DNA of 17,140 nucleotides from Ginkgo biloba. Taxonomy: Eukaryota > Plantae > Ginkgophyta. Below, one piece after another: positions 1-8,176 of the stretch. Position numbers and translations under genes: made by a program. The first letter of the stretch is position 1. The number at the start of each line of letters is the position of its first letter. The stretch is taken from the NCBI GenBank assembly GCA_024626585.2, contig JANKJI020000001.1:14328194-14345333 (forward strand), written 5' to 3'. The notes under the pieces were generated by a model. The model was given only the letters and a program-made list of their open reading frames with translations, did no database searches and was not told the origin of the DNA.

Positions 1-271
1 AAACCCCCCCAAAAAGGGGAGGTTTGATCCATTTTTAGATTGTAACTTATTTTCTATCATTTTTAGAACATTCACCTTTTAGGTGAATTTGATACAAATT
101 CATATAGAATTTTCCTACGATAAATGAAAGAAAGTCATATCTATAAAAATCATCTTTAAAACGAGCACAAGAATATAAAAAATGGAGTTACGGTTCAAAA
201 GTTATGGCCAAAATATTGATTGTTTGTCATTATGGAATATGGCTCCCTTACGGGGCCAAAAAAAAAAAAAA
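1..271. repeat. End of a probable interspersed repeat (unclassified non-autonomous TE) with a small hairpin and A14 tract
   Basis: Contains AAAATGGAGTTACGGTTCAAAAGTTATG (~179-206), a motif type I recall from many plant TE-derived repeats. It ends in the hairpin TGGCTCC-cttac-GGGGCCA (240-258) followed by poly-A to 271. Confidence 0.4.
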
Positions 272-298
272 GAATAAATAGAGGAAGATATTCGCTCT

Positions 299-478
299 CT
301 TGTCCTAGGTGAAAAAGTGCTTCCTTATTCAACAAGGAAGAAAAAATCTTCTATTAAGGAAAAGTGATCAAGGGAGAAAATAAGTCATGCCCTTGTCCTT
401 GTTCAAAAAGTGCTCCTTACTCAATAAGGAACAAAAAAGCATCCAGGAAGGAAAAGCGACCAAGGGGGGGAATAAGTC
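299..478. repeat. Diverged two-copy tandem repeat, ~93-bp unit
   Basis: CTTGTCCTAGGTGAAAAAGTGCTTCCTTATTCAACAAGGAAGAAAAAA...AAGGAAAAGTGATCAAGGGAGAAAATAAGTC (from 299) aligns with CTTGTCCTTGTTCAAAAAGTGCTCCTTACTCAATAAGGAACAAAAAA...AAGGAAAAGCGACCAAGGGGGGGAATAAGTC (from 392). Confidence 0.8.
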
Positions 479-1413
479 GAACTCACCATGGTCCCCCTCT
501 TCCCCTGCTCCAGAAGTTGTTAGATCTCGTGTTATTATTTTCACGTTAAAGTGACGTGAAACCTGATTTCCTATGTCACTGAGAGCATTTAATACTCTGC
601 TTACATGGCATGTCCTTCGTATGCCATGGTAGGACTTTCTGTTGGCTTCTCTACCTGTGTATCCCAAGTGTAAAATGCCTTTACATTGTTTCAGATAAGT
701 GTAATGACAAATACTCGGAGATAGAAATGGTTTTGCCATACACAAAAAGCACATAAATTCTGGAATGGATAAATTCTCAGAACAGTTCTTTTTCTTTATT
801 GAAATGTGGCAGGTGCACAGTCCCAGCCAAAGGTTCCAGTCCAGCAGTGAAGTCCCAGCCAGACTGAAATGTTATGGCCAGACCAGAAATGCGTCTTTTG
901 CTTTTCAGACAAGTCGTGGACTGTTTTTATCTAGTTTAGGTCAGCTTACGTGGGTCCAAAACAAGGAGAATTAAGGAGGAAATGGAGATTGTTCTTGTCT
1001 TGATCAACTTATGTGGTGCCAAAATATCTGTTTGATAGCATCCACACTGGAAGCTCTGAAGGCTACTTGCTTAATTTTTCCATGTGCAAGGAAAAGAGAG
1101 GTATGCCTATATTGATGCTGCAGGTATGCTTGCTATTGCAAAGTAAAAACAGCACAAATGACTAGTAGAGTGGCAGGTTGCAAAGCGATGGATAAGTAGC
1201 GTCGTGGACTGACAAAAGGGTGCATGTAATAGAACTCTCCTAGGGAACATGTTTCTTTGCAACTATGACCATGACATATGAAAAGAGGAAACGTGTGTCA
1301 TGCTCATCTCCTCCAAAGGCAGCTTTGTTTTTCTGCTTTGCTGGATCCTTGGCCTGATAAAGAATGTAAATGGACACCAGATGGTAACTGGATTCAATTT
1401 GATGGTAACCGGA

Positions 1414-1788
1414 TTTGAGGTCCTAGTTTAGAAAAACTTTGGCACCAGCTAGTTGATCAATAATTTTAATCTACACATGGCAGGAGGAATGCACTTTTGA
1501 TTGTGATTTTGTGGCCTGATGGTCGATACACATTCAAATTGCACCAAAAATCTTGCGTGCAAAGAGACCCATATGGGGATGAACTGAATTGGGGTTTGAG
1601 GTCTAGTTTAGAAAAACTTTGGCACCAGCTAGCTGATAAANNNNNNNNNNNNNNNTTTTTTTTTTTTTTTTGGCAGGGGGAACATACTTTTGATTGTGAT
1701 TTTGTGAAGGGACTGATAGTTGATACACATTCAAATTGCACCAAAAATCTTGCGTACAAAGAGACCCATATGCGGATGAACTGAATTG
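1414..1788. repeat. Two-copy tandem duplication, ~180-bp unit
   Basis: CTAGTTTAGAAAAACTTTGGCACCAGCTAG occurs at 1423 and 1603. GATACACATTCAAATTGCACCAAAAATCTTGCGT.CAAAGAGACCCATATG.GGATGAACTGAATTG occurs in both copies (ending 1591 and 1788). Copy 2 holds a poly-T run and a 15-N gap. Confidence 0.93.
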
Positions 1789-2740
1789 TGTTAATCGCCC
1801 CTCTAAAACTTACTCGAATTCTTTCTTTAGTGCGGTCTCCATGGCCTTGCTCAATGGATAAGTAGTGTTGACTGGTAAAATGNNNNNNNNNNNNNNNNNN
1901 NNNNNNNNNNNNNNNNNNNNNNNNNNNNNNNNNNNNNNNNNNNNNNNNNNNNNNNNNNNNNNNNNNNNNNNNNNNNNNNNNNGCCAGGGTGATACAAAAC
2001 TTGCCAAACCTAAGCTTGTGCATTCTTGAATGCTCATTCAATACAGATGAAGGGTCATACACAAGATCGATGAAGGCCTACTTCTCTTGGATGGATAATT
2101 TGACAAAATGTACAAATTGTGCTCCTTATTGTTGAGGCAAAAATTGGACTTTGACATAGACATTGGGTCATGAACTGGGCCGACATTAGTAGTTTGATCC
2201 CTAGTTTAGTTGAATACTTCAGTAATACGCCACATCGACAAGGTGCTACATAGCTTGGTGCCACATCAACGAGCTACAAGTTAAAAGATGAGAATTGAAC
2301 AATTAAGAAACAAATTCTTGGAGAATCCTGTGGGGTTTGATAGTTGGATCTATACGTACAGAAAACTTGCATTACAAAAGTATATTGAAGTCCTCCTTTG
2401 TGGGGGTTAATGTTAGAGGTTTCTTCTTATAGTTAGAGAAGTAGTGGTTGAAATTTCAAATTAATTGAGGGTTGGGCTATTTGTAGTCAATCATCTCTCT
2501 AAGCTTCTAATTTATGTTCTTGTTGACCTTCTTGAGGAGGCAACCAATCCATGCATGGGATATAAAGCTATGTAATTTGTGGACATGGATTCCACTCTCA
2601 ACTTGATGAAAAGCTTTGTAGGGCACCTCATTTCCTTTTAATATAATTCAATCTTTCCCTTATGACTACAGCTTGTGTATGTCATATTTAATTATTGAAA
2701 TTTGCACCCATTGTAGACATAATAAGCTTCAGATCATAAT

Positions 2741-2756
2741 TAGTATTATTAGAGCC
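2741..2756 (+). promoter_or_regulatory. Possible degenerate tRNA-Met primer-binding site of the first Gypsy relic
   Basis: TAGTATTATTAGAGCC resembles TGGTATCAGAGC(C) after G>A and C>T changes plus a 3-nt duplication. It lies a few nt after ...GATCA (2736) and ~450 nt before the recognisable gag. Confidence 0.3.
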
Positions 2757-3474
2757 TTAGGTTTATTAATCCTAAGTGGGCAAAGAAGCTTTGAATGGTT
2801 TGGACTTGATCTAAATAGCAATAAGAAGGAGAAGAAACCTGTAAATTCATCGTTGTTGTGTTACATAAGAACTAGACAAACTCAATCAACTCAAGAGGAA
2901 GCTTAATCAAGCAATGTGTTTGGAGGAGATCAAAGGGGATGGCCTCACAAGCTTGCAAAAGAATATGAAAGTGAGAGTCTTGAACGTCTAGAGGAAATTG
3001 TAGACCAAATTAAGATAGACATGGATGATAGAATGTCTTAGCTTGTAGATTATGCAAAGCTTAGTCCCTAGACCTTCCACAATTGTAGCAATGACAACAA
3101 AAACCAATAGTGGTATTGTTAACAGTGGTCCTATAACTAGTTGCATCATTGTAGCACTGCTTAGAACTCAACTTCTAGTTTAGACCTTGAACAAAACTTT
3201 CAAGGTTGAAACCAAGGGGGAAATCCCAATGTGTGATGGGAAAATGGACGTTGAAGAACTTGATGACTAACTTAGACAAGTAGAGACCTTTGTTATAGTC
3301 CACAATACACAGATCCTTAGAAAATGGCCTAAAAAAAAAGCTCCAGATATGAGGACAAGCATTGCTTTGGTGGGAAGCTTCTTTGAAAGACAATGCGAAG
3401 AAGGTAGATTGCTCATTTTTCTATGGGATGAGTTTAAACAAGTAATTAAGGAGAAATTTACCTAATTGGGTACA

Positions 3475-4026
3475 TGTCCACCTAAAGATTCAATGTTTGA
3501 CAAATGGATTAGTTTATTCGTTGTACTCCTAATTGGAGTAGGATCCATGTGAATTTATTTCCAACACTTGGAAATAAAGCAAGCTATATTTAGAATCAGT
3601 TTTATGTAATCGGTTCTTTTCTCTTGTGTAATCATAAAATGTAATAGATCCTTGTAATAAACTACCTTANNNNNNNNNNNNNNNNNNNNNNNNNNNNNNN
3701 NNNNNNNNNNNNNNNNNNNNNNNNNNNNNNNNNNNNNNNNNNNNNTCTCTCTCTCTCTCTCTCTCTCTCTCTGAGCCCTTTTGGGCGGCTTTAAAATGTA
3801 GCCATGGCATAAAAAGCCCTTTTGGGCAGATTTTGGTGTGAATATCAAATTTTAGTTTTTGAAGAAGTTGCATCCTCATTCATGTTGTGATGTTTTTTCA
3901 ATTTATGATCCCAAATTTCTCTCATGTTGTTCAAATTTCAACATGATATAATTGTTTTCATAAATTGTCTTAGAGTTGATTCATGAGCATGCTTTTGCCT
4001 TGTGTTCATAAGGGAATTTTTGATCA
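3475..4026. mobile_element. Probable solo LTR nested in the gag relic
   Basis: Starts TGTCCA (3475), ends GATCA (4026), and is flanked by the direct repeat GGTACA (3469-3474 and 4027-4032). Removing it rejoins the gag frame as IGYTREQ. It is non-coding and contains a 76-N gap and a (TC)n tract. Confidence 0.72.
3746..3772. repeat. (TC)n microsatellite
   Basis: 27 nt of perfect TC repeat directly after the N-gap 3670-3745. The true length may be greater. Confidence 0.95.
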
Positions 4027-5615
4027 GGTACACGAGGGAACAATAGATTTACTAGCAATATCTTAGATAAAAAGTTGGTTAGAATGTTGAAGCCTTTACA
4101 AAGGATTTCACGCAAGATAGTATGAGATTAAAAGTCTTTGAAATGAGGATAACTTGATACTGAAATTCATAGGTGATCTACAGACACCTATTCGGAAGAA
4201 GCCAGAGATGTTTGAGATTAGGACTCGAGATGAGGCATATCATAAAGCAAAACCTATTGAAGCTAAGTGAAATGTTCCTACCACTTGACCCTAGACTCAA
4301 AAAGAAAAACTTCTAAGAACCTCCTTTTAAATTCTTGCCTTAGAAAAAGAAGACTAGNNNNNNNNNNNNNNNNNNNNNNNNNNNNNNNNNNNNNNNNNNN
4401 NNNNNNNNNNNNNNNNNNNNNNNNNNNNNNNNNNNNNNNNNNNNNNNNNNNNNNNNNTATTTATTTGCTTGTTGATCATATGCCCCTTTCGAAATAGTGA
4501 TGGTTTTTATTGCTCTCGTCCATGAATATGGCCTGTACTTAATCTTTTTTCAGATATCCATTTGTCTACAATGAGAATTCATCTTTTTTCATAATTTTGT
4601 CTAGTCATCCTTTGGAGGTGTGAGTTTTCTTCACCATATTATAAAAGCTTGTATCTTTTGTCAGTGGTTATTGAATATCTAGTTGCAATCTTTTTGAGGT
4701 TGTACATCATTGTCCAACAGTAGTGTTTCATATAATTTAAGCCTATCCACATTGAGCATCAAGGTGGTCAATCCAATTTGAAGACATTTTCACCAATGGC
4801 TTTGATGATGGTGTGTGATCCATATGAAATTGGTTGGTTTCTTTGGTCTTTCCCTTTGAACCTTTCATTAGGAAGATGTACCCACAGTATATTACTAACT
4901 TGGATTTTAGGATTTGATTGATCTTTATCATGCCTTTCTTGGTATCTTTACTTTGATTTATCCATATGCAACTTTGACTTGTTTGTGCACTTCTTCGTAT
5001 AATGAACCTTTCTTCTTGCACTTGAGTTTGCATTTATTTTTGTGAAGGAGTAGGCAAGGAAAATTACAAATTTGTAGGAGTGTTGGAACCTGAGGCATGC
5101 CAAACTGGTGTACATGTAATACAATTGTGGATGGCCTTATAATTATTGTGTTTTACATATGGAGGATTATCATCCCGCATTTTAGGTTTTATGTAGTTAT
5201 TTATTTGACATGTGAGCAATTGTTATGTTGACAATTTTGGAATGCCCAACAGTCAATGCATTAGATCATTTGATCATTTCAACTTTGTATTAGTCATTGT
5301 CCATAATGATTTTGAAAGATGATAAAAAGTCAATTTATCTTATTGAAGACAATTGAGAATGTCATCTACTCAGAGATTTGTGAAGAAGACCTTTGTTGCT
5401 TATTGAGTTGTAGTTAAGATTGCATGAGTTTGTTGGGACAGGGGGATGCAAGGTACAGGTGTGAATCTCCAAAACTTGTACCCAAGAAATATGGGTGTGC
5501 TAGTACATGGGTATGNNNNNNNNNNNNNNNNNNNNNNNNNNNNNNNNNNNNNNNNNNNNNNNNNNNNNNNNNNNNNNNNNNNNNNNNNNNNNNNNNNNNN
5601 NNNNNNNNNNNNNNN

Positions 5616-6070
5616 TTTTTCTTGCCTCACTAAGACCTTTAATAGTTTATCCATTCTTTTAGTAAGCATGTTAGTAATAATTTTATACAAGATATTTAGT
5701 AGAGTAATAGGAAACCAACCACTCATAAAGTAAGGATCTACTTCTTATTTAGAAATGGGCTTGATGACACACGTATTTATTTATTTTTTCCTAACTCTCT
5801 AGTCTAAAGGGATTCCTTATATATATTATAGAGATTGTCACCAATTNNNNNNNNNNNNNNNNNNNNCCCAACAAATTTGAAAGAATTCAACTTGAACTCA
5901 ATTATTTTCTGTCATGCACCTAAGCAATTCTTTCATATTAGATTTGGAAATTGATAAGTGTATAAGCTTAGCCATTTCCTCTTCTAGTTTTTTAGGGACT
6001 ATTCTCAAGAAATATACCATAATTTTTTTCTTCTCTATCGCCCTTTACTACTCTAAAAAATCTTTTGAAA
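5616..6070 (-). mobile_element. Degenerate LINE (L1-type) ORF2 fragment, N-terminal part of the reverse transcriptase
   Basis: The minus strand reads VEFFQICW[gap]IGDNLYNIYKESL*TRELG, then INTCVIKPISK*EVDPYFMSGWFPITLLNILYKIITNMLTKRMDKLLKVLVRQEK. This matches the L1 pattern EFF..W..IG....I.LIPK....WRPI.LLN..YKII.K.L..RL..L..LV..EQ. It is cut off by the gap at 5516-5615, and the upper boundary is approximate. Confidence 0.85.
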
Positions 6071-7785
6071 GTTTATCTCTTGTGGTCTAAAATTTTCAAC
6101 CAATAAACAGTTATCAACATTTAATGGTCAGAATTCTGCCTTGTAGAGAGTTTAAAGACTGAAAATAAATCAGAAACTATGGTTTTGAAGCTAGACCCAA
6201 ACCCAGTTTGGCAATCTACCTGATTGGATGGGAGAACTCAGTTACTCTGCTTTTTGTAAATACAAAATGTAGTATAGAATTAAGTTTCGGGCTCAAAACA
6301 TTTGCCGCCTGAAAAGACTTCAGAAAACAATATGGTTACTTACTCATTAGAGTACTATCCTGGCTATTAATTTAGAACATACATTCTGATTCACAGTGAA
6401 CTCAGTCTTTATGTCCGTAGACCCAGCAGACTGTTGATTGCCAATGGATTGAAGCATGAGAATCGAGTTAGTGTACTCATGCATTGTTGCCTGTATATGG
6501 CCAAACCACAAACGTTGAAAATGTCCATATCATTGTTTTGCAAAAAATTTGAAATAAAGTTGTGAATTAGCAATCCAAAAATGTGTCAAAAAAATTGAGT
6601 CTGAACTATAATTTATAAGGATTTGTGAAACTAGGGAATATTAAAACATTCACTTCTCACTGGATAAAATATTGGTGAAGTCCTAGTTATTACCTAATGA
6701 CTAGAAACAAATTAGAACAAATTAGCTCGAGTCTTCATACATTTGATCACTGTGTTTATAATTAGATTTTAGTTTGTTAATTGTCAGAACCTGTTCACAG
6801 TATTCATTAGTTATAGTTACTATGGCTGCCTGTGTTTGTAGGGAATGACCAATACTGCGTTCCTGAATGGGAGTTGATTGTTTCACTGGAATATTATATC
6901 AATATAAACTTATAAAGTTTCCATTTTTTGGGAAAAAACACCTGATTAACTACTAAATCTACTCTATTGTAGGTGTATAAAATGAACTACTCAATAATGT
7001 TTGGTGTTTGCTACAGTTGATGACCGCAAAAGACTTGAGAAGAAGTTATGGATCAAAAAGCTTATTTGTTTTAATGTTGATCTGTGTTTCCATATGTACA
7101 TTCTAATTTGTAATGAACTTCTCAGTCATTGTACTTTGTTTTTTCCACCTCTGCATCAGCATGCAATCTGTAAGCCATATACTGCAGATTTCCGTGTTGC
7201 TTCTTTTGAGAACTAGTTGCCTTTTATCTCCAACAGGCATAATGTTTCTTATCTAGTGCACCAGCCTTACAACTATGTGCACAAATGCAGTGAGCCAATT
7301 ACAGACAATACAAAAGTCTTTTATGGGGCTTATACTGCCTGTCAATATAAAAAGGTTCTGGCATCTTTATCAAGCACCATATTTTGTCCCTGTTTATATC
7401 GTTCAATGTGTTTGTAATATAATTCAAATTCAGAGCATGTGCACACACTCACATGCATCTCTGCACGCATGCACTCCCTTTCTCTTTGTTACCATTGTTG
7501 TAATTGTGAAAATTACTGTACTTTTTCTGAAATTGTAGTTTACAAAAAAGATACTGTGAATGACTGGTCGGAATTCTTCGTTCATTAAAAGTTGACTAGA
7601 TGTAACAAGTTTAAAATAAAAAGACAATCAGGGAAGGGAAAATAAGGTTTAATTTTCAGTTTACCAATATTATATTGATGTATCTGGATTATGGGATGTT
7701 GAACATTCCAATATTGCTAGACTTTTCTTACGAGGGTGTTAACTTTTTGTCAAATTATTATGAATTCTTAAATTTGCATTTACTC

Positions 7786-7882
7786 TATTTTTTGCATATT
7801 TTGCTGAGCATTTTTTCTTTTTCATATTTTTGGTCCTCCGACCAAATGTATTGAATGTTATTTGTGACTTTGCCATAAACAG
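7786..7882 (+). promoter_or_regulatory. 3' splice site of the DeSI exon (U-rich tract, candidate branch point, CAG acceptor)
   Basis: T-rich tract ~7786-7832, a TGAC branch-like motif ~7865-7868, then AAACAG|CTCATGGT exactly where protein similarity begins. Confidence 0.85.
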
Positions 7883-8170
7883 CTCATGGTGTGGAATATG
7901 CCTTTGGAGCGCATGACTACCCTACCAGTGGAGTATTTGAGGTGGAACCAAAGAGTTGTCCAGGCTTTATTTTCAGGCGCTCTGTTGCATTGGGCACCAC
8001 AGACATGTCTCCTTCAGAATTCCGGCACTTCATAGAACATATGGCAGGCAGTTACAATGGCGATTCATATCATCTCATTGCAAAGAATTGTAACCATTTT
8101 ACTGATGATATTTGTATGCGGTTGACGGGGAAGCCGATACCTGGGTGGGTGAACCGGCTTGCGAGAATAG
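7883..8170 (+). CDS. DeSI: Internal coding exon of a PPPDE (peptidase C97) / DeSI-like deSUMOylating isopeptidase (At4g17486-like); partial gene
   Basis: Translates as (x)HGVEYAFGAHDYPTSGVFEVEPKSCPGFIFRRSVALGTTDMSPSEFRHFIEHMAGSYNGDSYHLIAKNCNHFTDDICMRLTGKPIPGWVNRLARI(G). This has the EYAFGAH, YHLIAKNCNHF (catalytic Cys, TGT 8089-8091) and IPGWVNRLA motifs of plant PPPDE proteins. It is bounded by acceptor CAG (AG 7881-7882) and donor G|GTATGT (8171). Length is 288 nt, phase 1/phase 1, with no stops. The supplied ORF 7891-8295 starts at a GTG and runs on into intron. Confidence 0.96.
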
Positions 8171-8176
8171 GTATGT
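8171..8176 (+). promoter_or_regulatory. 5' splice donor (AG|GTATGT) of the DeSI exon
   Basis: Near-consensus U2 donor directly after the RLARI-G codons, where protein similarity stops and T-rich sequence starts. Confidence 0.9.

Larger units (their letters stand above)
3199..4270 (+). mobile_element. gag: Degenerate Ty3/Gypsy LTR-retrotransposon gag relic, interrupted at 3475-4026
   Basis: Manual translation across stops and frameshifts gives FKVETKGEIPMCDGKMDVEELDD*LRQVET (from 3199), GQALLWWEASLK (from 3353) and LWDEFKQVIKEKF..IGY (3421-3473). After the insertion it gives TREQ*IY*QYLR*KVG*NVEAFTKDF and EDNLILKFIGDLQTPIRKKPEMFEIRTRDEAYHKAKPIEAK (to 4267). These fit the retrotransposon gag pattern IPxFDG..W..A..WW..W.EFK..F.P.GY..LRQ..G..V.EY..EF..KF..GL. 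The element probably begins further upstream (~2740). Confidence 0.8.

Noticed and set aside
368-754. 128-aa minus-strand ORF
   Set aside because: It has no recognisable domain and overlaps a tandem duplication, so it is most likely a chance ORF.
1070-1130. Donor-like sites (GAG|GTATGC, CAG|GTATGC) as the end of the upstream DeSI exon
   Set aside because: No frame gives NVYDL or G(I/V)(F/Y)HSG; the best is FFHVQGKE, which is not convincing.
1414-1788. CRISPR-like or prokaryotic repeat system
   Set aside because: There are only two long copies with no unique spacers and no cas genes, and the context is a spliced eukaryotic gene with plant retrotransposons.
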